Source: Sporopachydermia quercuum (Eukaryota). Taken from it: DNA of 64,000 nucleotides. A program made the position numbers and the translations under genes. The stretch spans positions 1,054,001 to 1,118,000 of the forward strand of contig BCGN01000005.1 in the NCBI GenBank assembly GCA_001599295.1. The letters are read 5' to 3'. Under the pieces are notes generated by a model. The model had not been told where the DNA came from. It made no database searches and was given only the letters and a program-made list of their open reading frames with translations. This document shows positions 1 to 12,175 of this stretch, one piece after another (the first letter of the stretch is position 1; the number at the start of each line of letters is the position of its first letter).

Positions 1-1024
1 TAATATGATTATAGAAAGCCAGTTCAAACTCTTCGGATGAATCATCAATCAATCTATCTAATATCAAAGCAAATGATTTCAATGGTGGGTAGAAGTGCGC
101 GCTAAGCAATTCAAATAGTGCAACAAAACACTCTTTATTACTCAGGAGTAGTGATTGAATCGACATTCGAAGATGTTCCTGTGTGCTGTAACCATATGTT
201 GATGAAAAGTTTGCTAATAATATACTTGTTGCTAATTTTGCATTCTTGAGGATTGTGAGTTTGGACTCGCTTGGTGGAGCTTCTATCGCTGGTGATACAT
301 CTTGAGATGTAAGAGGATTAATTGAATTACTTGACCAGCTAGGATCGTATTCCAGCTCCACATCACTGTCATAATTATTAGAAGTGTTCAGACTATCATT
401 GACGGTACCTTCTTTGTGCGCTTTCTCTTCATGTGCATTTTCTTTAAGCCCATTGAATCTATATTCAATTTCGTCATTGTCAATATCCGGCTCTGAGATC
501 CGTTCAAGTCCATTCTCATCTTTTAGTTGAAATATCTTTTCAGAATCACCGTTACTCTCTTCGTTCTCATTTTCATTCTTAAATTCGTCTGGAAATGATT
601 CTAGATGGTTATAAGCATAATGATCGATGTCAAAATCAGCTTTTTTTATAATATTCAACAAGTGCATAATAGTATTTGGATCTGAAATTAACTCTTCTAA
701 TTGAGTCTTTTCATATAAAACTTCTCTGCTTTTAGCTGGCAATTGACTCAAGCTGGAACTAGAGTAATTTTTCTGGCTATTAGTACTAAATGCAGCACCA
801 AAATTAGAGCTTATGTGTTCATTCAATATATTTGGCGATGAAAAATCATAGCTCAGCTCTTCGTCTTCATCATCATAGTTTTCATTTTCAGTTTCTTGAA
901 ACTCCTTGGGACAAGGTAACAACGCCTGTTGTATGTTTAAGAGCTTGCATACTGTTTGAAGATCTACTTCTTGTGAGTCAAACAGCTTTCTTACTCTTGC
1001 TATACTGAATATTCGAGATTGCAT
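1..1024 (-). CDS. Hypothetical protein, N-terminal part only (ORF runs off the left window edge)
   Basis: Manual translation of the minus strand from ATG at 1024 gives MQSRIFSIARVRKLFDSQEVDLQTVCKLL..., open for about 340 codons to the window edge with an acidic/Asn-rich central part. It is absent from the ORF track because it has no stop in the window. Confidence 0.75.
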   Translation of the reverse strand, partial: MQSRIFSIARVRKLFDSQEVDLQTVCKLLNIQQALLPCPKEFQETENENYDDEDEELSYDFSSPNILNEHISSNFGAAFSTNSQKNYSSSSLSQLPAKSREVLYEKTQLEELISDPNTIMHLLNIIKKADFDIDHYAYNHLESFPDEFKNENENEESNGDSEKIFQLKDENGLERISEPDIDNDEIEYRFNGLKENAHEEKAHKEGTVNDSLNTSNNYDSDVELEYDPSWSSNSINPLTSQDVSPAIEAPPSESKLTILKNAKLATSILLANFSSTYGYSTQEHLRMSIQSLLLSNKECFVALFELLSAHFYPPLKSFALILDRLIDDSSEEFELAFYNHI

Positions 1025-2958
1025 TGTGAGTAGAATATTTTGAGAACGGAAAGATTGTTCGAATGTGCCTTATGATATAGATGTCTATGAAGTTGCAACA
1101 GAGAATACAATTATAATTTGACTGTGAGCTTGAGATCTGAGAAAGCTAATGAAATCATAATACGAGGTTAAACGCTAATCGCCAAACTATCTCCAAGAAA
1201 ATTAACAACAAAGTAATAACTAATTTCTGCTTGATTTCTGATTATGAAAAGCAAAACAAGAATTGCACATAAAAAGTGATACGACGACGGCGGAAGAAAA
1301 TCAGGCGTGAGAGTTGTTGGTTCAGGCGTTAGTTAATTCATTGGCTGGCATCATACTAAACAAATCGATGGTATGAATGAAACAAGATACCTTATGATGA
1401 CTAGTTGATATAACGAACATACAATGTCCTGAACAGTAGAGTTGATTGTCAAACTAGATAAAAATTATAAGTCTTGAGGTGTTTATTTTGATCTGCACGA
1501 CGATCCAGCGTTATGTGAGCGGTAATATGTGGTTATTGTTAGAACTTCCGTTCTTGATTGTACAGCATCGCCTGGTTGTTGGTGTTGGTTGATATGTGCT
1601 GTGACGTTCCCAAAGAAAATTATTGGCTCAAGCAGCTATGAAGCAGGACTAGATATATCTAGATACAATATTAGTAACAAAATCGAATACTGGCCACTAA
1701 AAATAGCGTATCCAAATAACAAATCAACGTATTTATGTGAACCAGTCTAGTACTCGTTGATGAGGTGAGGAGGAAAAATATAGAATGTGAAGAACGAAAA
1801 AATAATATAAAGTTAAAATTGAAAACACCTACATATTTGCGCACATCAATGCATTCCACAGTTGAAGTGGTTCAATGTGATCGGTATTATTTTAGTATGA
1901 TGTCGTTAAAAGTCGTTTTGATTATGAAACACATAACGAGATAAATTGTAGTAGAGCTATCCTTAAAATTTTAATTTAATGTATTGAAAGTCCACTTTTA
2001 TTTTGAAGAATGTGAAGCAAAGAGAGGAATTAGATCAAAGGAAGCTGGCCCAAAATACTGACTATATGATATGAGTCGTGATCACATGATATTAATCATT
2101 ACTTTGGTCATCATGAGAAGCTACCTTAGAATAATCAGCGGACTATTACGTGAATTAATTGCTGATATTATGCCATTGACTAAATCAAGACTGTATCCAA
2201 TTAATAGCTGGTCTTTTTGGTTGTTATAAGGTCCACACAAGCCAATCCCGTTAAACATAATAGAATACAATTTGAGTAACTTTCTAATTTCTCAGATTTG
2301 TCTCAATAGATGTCACAAGACACGAAGATGCATGAGTTTGCATTTCCTCTGTACGTTAAATATTAATAGCCATTCAACGGTTTGTTCTTTACACACTTGA
2401 AAATCTCAGCTATATCAACCTACCATCTAATCTCAACGAGATGTTGAAAGAGTTTGAAACAAGTTCCACAGTTACAATTTTTTGAAACCAATTGCATACG
2501 CTATTATTTATTTATTTAACGTCGTTCCAGTCTACATATGATATCATAAACGGCAATTTTCGGCTGTAAATTCAAGAGAGAGAACGAGTATATTTTGTTG
2601 AAACGGTTGTATTGTACACAGGAATATAATGGCGGAAAACCTTTAGAAGCTGGAAATTAAAATAATGAATCTTTTGCGATGAATGTCTCATTCTGGTGAC
2701 AGATTTATTTGGATTCGGCATTTCTATTCTTTCTTATCGTAGTCCCCTTCCGTCCAGATCGTACAATGGAAACTAACTTAAAAGTTGTATCCTTCCTTAT
2801 TTGCAGATGGAAAGAATCATTTAAACTTGTAGAGTTGAACAATAATACCTGAAGCGGTTTCTTCTTGAAAAGTACAATCATTGTTCAAGATGACTTATTG
2901 ATTCAATAGGTATTTCTTCGCTTTGAGTTGTCGAGTTGCGATGGCTCAAAACTTAAAT

Positions 2959-2982
2959 CCCAAACGTTAATTAACGTTTGGG
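2959..2982. repeat. Perfect 24-bp palindrome CCCAAACGTTAATTAACGTTTGGG
   Basis: Read directly from the sequence; it is its own reverse complement. Confidence 0.95.
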
Positions 2983-3330
2983 GAACCTAAAAACTGACCG
3001 AATAATACTTATTTCACCAAATTACTAAGTGATTCGTGAGAAGCTCAAGTAAGATAGATCTTCTTTGTCAGAAACATTCTACCTGCCCTTTTCATAATTG
3101 TTAATTTTATTGAAATAAAGATCGAAAGAAATAGTACTTATTAGGTTCAAAATACTTAAAAATAAATGCCGAAGGACCTATTTCTTCTTATAAATCAATA
3201 AGAATTTTTTCTATTTCTTGTAATGTTTTGATCTGTAGTTCTATTATTCAACTGCTTTATGAATGTAAAAGTTGATTATCATTTAATGGTCCAAAAGTGT
3301 AAATATTTCATATCGTGCTAACAACTAGAA

Positions 3331-3720
3331 ATGAAGAATCATGCTTTTCACTACACAAGCTCTTCTGATCTTATGATAACATTGCTTATTGAGATGAAGC
3401 GTAAGAACAGATCAGTTAGTGTGAAGGCCAAAAGGCAAAACACCAGCCGAATTATTGAGAAGATTTAGCGCCTTATACGTTCTGGAACAGTAACAGTCAT
3501 TCAAACGCGTAACCATCATCAGAGTTTAAAACGAACTTATAATGTAATTCAACAAGGTGTATATTACTTCTGGAGCAGGCTTGGACGCAGCGGTATGCAC
3601 TTCTTCCTTCTCTGAGGAAGGAGAGCACGTGTTTTCGAATTCAAATATATAGGATTTCCAAACTATAAACTGATATTCTGTTCGACAGGATAAAGAAAAT
3701 TTAAGATTATTCTTCTGGTA
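3331..3720 (+). pseudogene. Degenerate Myb/SANT-like DNA-binding ORF (Harbinger ORF1-like)
   Basis: Translation from ATG 3331: MKNHAFHYTSSSDLMITLLIEMKRKNRSVSVKAKRQNTSRIIEKI*RLIRSGTVTVIQTRNHHQSLKRTYNVIQQ, then a frameshift to TSGAGLDAAV. This fits the Myb/SANT-like pattern LLxE...QxKNxxxxLKxxY...SGFGWD, and it lies next to a Harbinger transposase relic. Confidence 0.55.
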
Positions 3721-4329
3721 GATGATACATCAGTAAGTGGTGTTTTATCTGACGACAGTTGAATATGTATCAGCTTCTACACCAATTCCAAAACAGGAAG
3801 TGATACCTAGAAATGTGCCGTGAACGAATCTGACAACAATAGCATTGATGCAACCTCAAGAAAAAAGAAAAAAGAAAAGAAGAAAAATAAAAAGAATGAC
3901 CTTAGACGAAGAAGTGACGGATGCGATATGCCTGAGAACAAAAAGTATCTTCGAAAGATCCTTTAAAATTGATATCTTCATAGGTAGTGTCAAGGGAATG
4001 CTATATGATACAATTCCACTGAGTGAGAAATTATAGGCTCGCGGTCAGTTTTTTTCAGACGAAGAATTGGTCAGAATCTCCTCAGTAAAGGTTCCAGCCT
4101 GAGAACTGAATATGATAGATTGAAAAACAAAGATACCAACTCCATTTCAAGCAATCAATAAATTTGAATAAGATATTGAAAATAGGATTAAACTTAATTA
4201 GATAGCCCTACTTCTTTTGAATTGCTAATTGGCTTATAGTCTTTCAGTCAATGGCCCTCCACAACAGTATATCCTCCTTATTTCAATGCATTACTTCTAT
4301 CTCTTGAAATCATATTGATTTGTGAACCA

Positions 4330-5140
4330 AGCTCACATTCCCTTACCTCTTTTTCTTATCCATATCATCTCCTTCACCATTATCTTCCTCTTCTTGATAT
4401 TCACATTCACCTATACCACGTCCACAGACATCATGATGTTGTGCAAAGCACATGCTCCGATTGTGATGTCTCTTGTGATACCAGGACCACAGTAGTTCCC
4501 CTTTGTAAACAAAGGAGATTGTATTGTTAAAACTTCTATGGATCTCTGGACGGTCATTCTACATCTGGAATGGATCAAATTGAAGTATTCTCTTCGTTTG
4601 CAGGTTTATCAGATCTTTTCGACCATTAAAGTGATTTTGGTTTCCCGATATGGGGAAAGCTCTTTGGTCGAAAGATCATAACGTGCATCTCTTAACTAAA
4701 AATAGTTGCTAGGAACATGTAATCGCTTACTATATGAATATTCTAGTATACCGTTGTCGTGGGCTGAACCTTCCCAACCAGCATTGACGTACAGAAACCG
4801 TTGAATGAAATCGACAACCACCAGAACATTTGGAGACCCGAATTACCTTCTCTTCCTAAAGGCTTCAATATTGCCTTTGACTGGAACATTGGTTCGTCAA
4901 GTGCACCCCAAATGCACCCCAAACAATTAAGCAGTAAGCATGTTCTTTTTTACCAAACTATTGACACCTGAAACGGATAATCTATTCCATTTTGTTACAA
5001 GTTCTCCAAAACACTTACACACTTCCGGAAAAAGAGGCGAATAGTATCACCACTTCGTATCATTCCTTTAACATCTTATTTGAATACCCAAATAAAATAA
5101 TATAAACAAATAAATAATTAGTTCTCACACTCAGATACAG
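4330..5140 (-). pseudogene. Degenerate PIF/Harbinger (HARBI1/DDE_Tnp_4-like) transposase
   Basis: Minus-strand motifs in the expected order: RSGDTIRLFF; NCLG..GALD; FRKRR*..PNVLVVVDFIQRFLYVNAGWEGSAHDNGIL (GWEGSAHD at about 4756-4779); YF*LRDARY..LSPYR; EYFNLIHSRCRMTVQRSIEVL; IGACALHNIM. Multiple stops and frameshifts are present. Confidence 0.9.
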
Positions 5141-7635
5141 ATTTCGAATCTGGAAGACCGAAATTATATATTCCTTTTCTAAAACATAAATGTTCTCCTC
5201 CTATTCATCTATGCCTCAAGTGACTACCATACGATAGCTTGAAAAAGAAAGTACACCAAGTATTACCAGATATGCAGTTCTAAGATTCCCCTTTTCCCGC
5301 TCGATGGCAAGTTCAATGATTTTAACTATCCTGGCATATGGAATATAGGACTCAATAATGTCGTTGCTATTATGTTGATCAATATCATCCTCCAGACATC
5401 ATCATCCGACGAGGCATCACTTTCCGAACCGCAAATTTCACTCCTTAGATATTGTATTTGCTTTCAATTTAACAAGTACCTTCTAATATGAATGCAATAA
5501 AAATTATGATGTATTAGACTATATAATAATAAATTGAAATATGTACTGGGTGGCCCCTTTATGCCCTAATATCTAACTTTCGTGAGTGCGTTGATGCTAA
5601 TNTATAAAGATTCCAAATAGATCCTGAATTGAGACTTGATGTAATAATAGTAGTTGCCTGTCCCTTGTAAAAATTGATTAATAAACAGGNAAACTCTGAG
5701 AATAATAAAATGCGCAGTTAGAAAGTAAATGGCATCCTTCTTGTTAAACCAGAAAAAGAGAAGAGTCTCTAAATGCTTTAGTATAGCAATAGTACGATAA
5801 CACTAATGAGTAGGATGGAAAGAAAGCAAACCGATCTTTGCATAGCTTCGGTTTCTTTCTTCTTTTTTGGCTAAAATGTTTGTAATGAGTAAAATCGCAT
5901 TGCTTTGATTTCTAACGAAGGGTATTTTTTGATTTGTTAGAAAAATTGCTAAGACGGAAAAATAGATCTAGGTTGCCCAGATTATACCAAGAGATCCTGC
6001 ATTACGATGAGCTAATTTGGCCCTTTTAAGTGAACAACCTAACTAAATAAATCGAAAACCACTAAAATGGATATATCCCAAAAGGGATTTAAGAATAAAA
6101 TATATGTTTGTCATGAAATTATTTCTATTGAAATTGTTCATGTCTTAATTGATCACAGAGCCTTCATTTCTTAAAATCCAAAAGGCCGATACTTCGCTGT
6201 GAAGATGTTCTGCTTCTCTTGTTGAATTCATGATTGTTTTTTCCTTCCCATGATCTCTGAAAGTTTTATTGCTATTTCAAGAAAAAAGTATCAGGCAGTA
6301 CAAGCTTTGCCAAGGTTGAAGGGTCCGAGATAGAAGCATTTTGATTGGATCTAGTTTGTTCTGAGGGTAGAAGAAGCAAAACTTACTTGAATCAGAAAAT
6401 ATGAAGTTGAGGTTACTCGTTCATCTTCGTTCGTTGGATCAGAGTATATCCCAACTGAAACATTATCTGATGAAGGAAATCTTTCGTTTTCCTTTTTTGG
6501 TCTACGATTTCCGTTCTGTCGTGGTACATAAAGTTAGTAACTTAGTGTTAAACCTTAAAATCTTTAAGAAGATTTCACCGAGACGATAAAATAGAAAACC
6601 CCGATTTGTTTTGAACTATGAAAGCTTACTTGTTTCAAGTCGATCACTTGTTCGCTATTACATGATTCGTTGACTGCATGGAACAAATCTTAAGAGCAAA
6701 GTGTAATTGTGATTCAACTACTCGCATGCTTGTGTATCTCATGTCTTAGTCCCAGCCTGAACGAAAACTTCTGAAAAAATATTATACTCCAAAAATCTTA
6801 TTTCTCAAACCAAAAGTCAACGGTTTCATGAAGGTATTTAATGATGCCTGCATACATACCTTCATTGTTCTTTTAACACGACGGGTGCTGTTGCATTTGC
6901 TCGTTCACTCCTTAATTCAAAGTTCATTTGATTCCCAGCCTCGAAACCTAAATTGGAGCAAAAAATTCCTTATATGAGATCTTTCCAAGATATACTTTCG
7001 GCTTAAGGTTTAACCTTAAGTTCATATTTAAAGCTTAACGTTAAATCTCTATCCTGAGTTTTTCTTCCTCATTTTTCTGAACCTTAATTACGGATAGATC
7101 ACTGACTTGCTAAGCCTAACTGTTCGTCATATTTTGAGCACCTTCTACGCCTTCTAAATACTTGTTATGTCTTTTCTAGTTCTTTCTCTTACTCATTTTT
7201 TCAAAATGATTCGTCTACAAAGCTGAATGGATGACTTGGAGGGAGAAATTCTCGATTCATTCCTGTTGTACATTTTTTGGATGGTGGTTCGTTCAAGCTT
7301 TATGCCTAATAGCAGGTAAAATCGAAACAATCCAGCCTACTGAGTATTGGGGAAGTCAAGGCAATAAGAAAAGGAGATAACAATTAAATTTAAAAGGGAC
7401 ATTAGGCAGAAGAACGGGAGTCGATTTTGGGAAGAAGAAGAGGTCAGGTTCCAAAAGAAATTAATGGAGAAAATATCAATCTTCTCTCCCAAAGAATAGT
7501 GAAGTTTGAGTATTTGATTTATATTCCATTATTGTACCAATTTCAGAGAAATATCCCCAGAAATTTATCGAAGAAAATAATCAACTTTTACGGAGAGAAA
7601 CTGCATTTGAATTGCGATCTTTCAAAGAACTTATT

Positions 7636-9183
7636 ATGGGAGATGCTAATACAACATTCACAAAAGATGACAATCCAAACGGATATTCAGCCAACGATCA
7701 GTATCGGAGCTCAAAGGTAGGATCAGTACCTGTTGATACCATAAATGTACCTCAGACATTTAGCTATACAATGCCACATGAACCANCTACGGCACATCCT
7801 CCAGTACCAATACTTCAACCAACATTAAACTCTCACAATCATGCGGAGACGACTTATCCAGTGGAAGGGTATGATANCTTTTCTCCGTTACAAGGTCCCT
7901 TGGTAATTAACAATCTGAACAATCACTATGAATTGCAACATCCTTCAATACAGTATGCAGATTCAAATATACCACAACCTTCGACAGCACACCATCAATC
8001 TAACAACTATGAAGATAATATTTCCCCAAACGAATATCATTATCGAGCATCTGACAATCATTATTATCCTTCACAAGAAAATTTAGGGGTCTACTCTGAG
8101 GAACCAATATATCGTCGTAATCAAAGTATTTCTTGCCTAGGTCATCCACATCATACCCACAATCGGGGAGTTTGGAGTGCTGACGGTTATCAACAGCCAA
8201 CTGGCCAAAACCTACAGGCATATCTCTCACCGCATATTAGCCATCAGCAATTTTCAATGAATCACCAAACAGTGGATTTACAAGGACCACATAGAACAAC
8301 AGATGTGCAGCAATCAGTAAGACCAAGTAAGGATATGGCCGAAATACATAACTCTTTAATCGGCCCATCACAGTATGCCGATGTAAACACTGAAACTCTC
8401 TATTTATCGTCTCGAAAGCCTAGAGATCAGGAGGAAGAACAGCATTCATTTATGGATCAAAGCCATTTACAGTCACAACTGCATCCCCAACTGCATCCCC
8501 AACTGCATCCCCAACTGTATCCCCAACTTCATCCTCAACTACCGTTCCAAGCAAAGCCTTCCATAGCATATCCTTCTGATCTGCCAAATTATTCGGAAAG
8601 AGCGTATTCAGATATCTCTGGTTTACATTATGGAGAAACTCCTCAAGAGGAGTTAGTTGTATATAATACTGCTAGGGGGAAATCCAATTCGGATGTCCCG
8701 TTTCTAGAAGCATCTTCTAATTCAATAGAACCAGAATTGAATCGCCTTTTGCTGGAATCCAAAAGACTAAATGCATTAAAAGAGCCCAATCAATATTTGC
8801 AGTGTCCCCAATGCTCTAAAACATTCTCCAGAACATATAATCTCAAATCACATTTGAGAACTCATACAAATGAGAAATATCATAGATGTTTAGTCTGCAA
8901 CAAAGCATTCGCGAGGTTGCACGACAAGCGCCGTCATGAACTATTGCATTCTGGTCAAAAAAAGTTTCAATGTAGTGGATATTTTACTGATAAGTCCAAA
9001 CCAGATACTCCGATTCAATGGGGTTGTAGCAGAAGATTTGCAAGAGCTGATGCACTTGGAAGACATTTTANAACAGAATCAGGTAGATCTTGTTTAAGAC
9101 CTTTATTGATCAGCAAAGGATTACAAGATCTAGAAGTAGAAGAGGCAATTTCGCGATTACGAAAAGAAGGACTCATTGAATAA
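7636..9183 (+). CDS. Crz1/CrzA-family C2H2 zinc-finger transcription factor
   Basis: C-terminal [59 protein letters not shown] matches the Crz1-type finger array. The N-terminus is low-complexity and rich in Q/H/N/S/P. The first in-frame ATG is at 7636. Confidence 0.9.
   Translation: MGDANTTFTKDDNPNGYSANDQYRSSKVGSVPVDTINVPQTFSYTMPHEPXTAHPPVPILQPTLNSHNHAETTYPVEGYDXFSPLQGPLVINNLNNHYELQHPSIQYADSNIPQPSTAHHQSNNYEDNISPNEYHYRASDNHYYPSQENLGVYSEEPIYRRNQSISCLGHPHHTHNRGVWSADGYQQPTGQNLQAYLSPHISHQQFSMNHQTVDLQGPHRTTDVQQSVRPSKDMAEIHNSLIGPSQYADVNTETLYLSSRKPRDQEEEQHSFMDQSHLQSQLHPQLHPQLHPQLYPQLHPQLPFQAKPSIAYPSDLPNYSERAYSDISGLHYGETPQEELVVYNTARGKSNSDVPFLEASSNSIEPELNRLLLESKRLNALKEPNQYLQCPQCSKTFSRTYNLKSHLRTHTNEKYHRCLVCNKAFARLHDKRRHELLHSGQKKFQCSGYFTDKSKPDTPIQWGCSRRFARADALGRHFXTESGRSCLRPLLISKGLQDLEVEEAISRLRKEGLIE
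8476..8541 (+). repeat. Coding 12-bp tandem repeat (CAACTGCATCCC)n encoding (QLHP)5
   Basis: Visible in the DNA and in the protein as [22 protein letters not shown]. Confidence 0.9.
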
Positions 9184-9835
9184 CACCGACTGGGGATCAT
9201 ATAAAGTAGAATTTTTTATCATTTAACTAATCAACATTTCAATACATAACCTAATTAAAATCTTTCTATCGTTTTTCGAGTTATATTTTACTTCCAATTT
9301 ATGTAGGAAGGACCTATTAACAACAATCCCATTATAAAGAATATTACAAATCAACTTCCTGAAAGAACAAACAATTCAATTTGGTTACTTAAAACATCAA
9401 CGAATAAAGAATGAAGTTATCAATACCTTATCGTTCTATATCACTTTAGAAAATGACAAATAATCACCCTACTGTAAGACCCTCTAGCAAGCGCCTATTG
9501 GCATTCGCAATATTTCAACGCTAGCGTCTACCTCCTCCTATTTTCCAAACTGTACCACCTTCATTCTATGATAAAGTACTTAGGAAGTATCACTAGCCAA
9601 AATTATGAATTTAATTGTCTGGTATAAACTGTATATAAAAGAATGAATGTCATGATTCAAACTTGATATTAAACTTTAAATTTAGTTAGTATTATTCAAG
9701 TATTTAAGATTAACGTTTCGTTTAGTACTTAGCTGGTATAAGAGATGGCCGAGCAATTAAGTATTATTTTCGGGTATCGACAATAACCTTGAGCTTATTA
9801 TTTCCCGATCTTTACCATAATTCCAGTAATTGATA

Positions 9836-9854
9836 TTATATATATATATATATA
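9836..9854. repeat. (TA)n microsatellite
   Basis: The run tatatatatatatatata is read directly from the sequence. Confidence 0.9.
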
Positions 9855-9951
9855 AATATTTATTAATGTGAAAATAAGAATTTAAAAAACATAAAAATTA
9901 AAAAAAAAATTTAAATTTATAAGTAAGAAAAGTGTTCATAAAAATGTTGAA

Positions 9952-10665
9952 TCAAGGCAAGGAAGGGAACGGAGAGGGTATGGAGAAATTCAAAAGTTTT
10001 ATGAGATAACAGTAATTGGAGTTTATTGCCTTAAAACATTTATAAGCTGCAGGTGCGAATAAGTCTCTTATGTGTTTGATGTGTATGTAGTATGTTCCAT
10101 TGTCATACATTAACAATTTTTGTGGAATCTTCAATTCATCCTTTTTATTAGTTTCGAGAGATCTTGCTTCGGAGTCCCACCATTTTGGTTCGGAAACTCT
10201 CATTAAAACTAGTTTGAAGGTATTAGTGAAACAATGAATAACCAAACCTAATTAACTCAAATGGTCAATATTTAGTGTTTCAGTGTATATATTTTTATAA
10301 CCATGTTCATGGTTTGTTAACCTTTTTCGTTCTTCTCATTACTTTGTTTGGTTTCAAGATATATCCAAACCTTTATTTAGTCTAGATTTGGCAACAATAT
10401 CGTACCAATATATTCAATGAAGTTTAACCTTATATGGAAAGGAATAGAAAAATTCGAATAATAGCTTTGTCTCATTAGTCCTGTGTCCTAAGAGTGTCTG
10501 AAACGACATGCAGGACTACTGGACCTGAATATATTCCCTTTCCTTTTCCCCTTCAACAAATGATACAGCAACCTCATTATCATTGATTCGTTTTTCAATG
10601 GCTATATATCTCTTTTCTTCTTCAAATCCATAAATTTTGTCTCGGTAAAAGCAAGCGAAAATTCA
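9952..10665 (-). pseudogene. Decayed reading frame of unknown origin
   Basis: One minus-strand frame gives about 235 codons of protein-like sequence (IFACFYRDKIYGFEEEKRYIAIEKR...SEPKWWDSEAR...RDLFAPAAYKCFK) interrupted by about 6 stops. Confidence 0.35.
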
Positions 10666-12175
10666 ATTTTAGATAAGAAATGTACTTGTCATTCAGGGTA
10701 TAGTATCCTATCTGAAACTTATTTCATCCTGTAATCATCGGTTTGAATATTTACTCCTCTGAAAAATGAAAGGTTTCCCGGTCCCAAATATTATTGAATC
10801 ATTGTTCTCAACTACAAATGGTTCCTGTTATTTTATGTTTATTTACTTACTTTAAGCAATGATCTTAAACTATTCGTTCGACTTACTCATCAAATTACTC
10901 TCCAAGTTGTTTCAAGTATAAGCAGTTCGATTTTCAAACATGTGAGATTCTTCATGATCACTGAAACATTATCGCTCGCATTATGCCGAATGAAAACCAA
11001 TCTTTATGGATAGTATTTATATGTAAAGTAAACCACTGCTTCATCCAACAATATTTTTATGTATATGTACTGTGTTATTTTTTTTCTTCATATAATTGAT
11101 GCATTTTTCCTCGTTCGAATCATTTTCACAGTCTCTCGTTTCATTAGAGTTTGAATAGAACGGTAAAGTTCTGAGTTAAAACTAGTAATCCCAAAATGAA
11201 ACTTAGAAACATTTCAAAGAAATTTTGTAAAATACTTTTACTGATAAAGTAGAACTTGTACAATGTTTGATCCAAACTATTTGATTGTAAGTTATTTGAG
11301 TCTAACACATGAAACAAAAGCTATAGTCTTTTCATGGAAGAAAAAACAAAGAGAAAGCCGTTTCGGTTTACACGACATTATATTCAATCTAGAATCAGAC
11401 TCGAAGGTTATATTAGAAGAGATTAAAAATGGACTCTTGAACCAAAACTTACCAAAATATGTTTGGATAATGCCCGAAAAGAGGCAAAAAAAAAAGGAGA
11501 AGAATAAGTAAAAGTATGAGAGCAAGAGGTGCAATTTTATTTTTAGTACTTCTAATCTGATGGATATACCGAATGTACAGAAGACTATTGAATGGAACTC
11601 TTAATGTTTCGAAGTTTAGGTTTTTTGCAAGATGAACTTCGCATTTGGCATTTCTAGACTTCGTAAACTTCTTGCGTCAATCTTGCATCTAATAGGACAA
11701 CTTTAAAGTATACTCCAATACTCTCACATGTTGAGACATAATGTGAGCACCTTTTTCATTTTTTTTCTTGATTTTTGATTTTCGATTTGATTTCTGACAA
11801 TATTATGATATAATCGACTTTTGAATTTGATGTTTGAACTGATAAAAACAATAAATACTCATCAACAGAAATACCGGAAAAATATCATTAAGAAATAGAT
11901 GAAGTAAGTTATGAAGTATTTTATGGAGACAGCTACTGAACAAATAGCAAAAGCTCCATCAGTAATAACAAGATTTTCTTTGGCTTTCTCGGCGCTGTGA
12001 AGAAAGATAAATTGAGTATTAATGTTGTGTCACATTCATTCATTAGTATTAGAGATATGATTTTATGACAAGAACAACTCTTCGTCAACATAGAGTTATT
12101 CGTGCATCGGAAATGACTTTTGTGGTTATTTGTTGATTAGTTTGAAAGAGAACTTATGAAGTTATAGTGAACAAC

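Larger units (their letters stand above)
3331..5450. mobile_element. Decayed PIF/Harbinger DNA transposon (boundaries approximate, TIRs not identified)
   Basis: Convergent pair of a Myb/SANT-like relic (+) and a DDE_Tnp_4-type transposase relic (-), the two-gene content typical of PIF/Harbinger elements. Confidence 0.8.

Noticed and set aside
5545..5570. Possible Harbinger right TIR (GCCC followed by TAA)
   Set aside because: I could not find a matching inverted copy on the left side of the element.
5821..5860. Imperfect hairpin AGAAAGCAAACCGA...TCGGTTTCTTTCT
   Set aside because: The arms are short and low-complexity, with no context supporting a function.
9741..9770. tRNA-like 5' segment AGAGATGGCCGAGCAATTAAG (resembles an A-box/D-arm)
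   Set aside because: No B-box/T-arm (GTTCRA) or acceptor-stem partner follows, so it is at most a fragment and not a tRNA gene.
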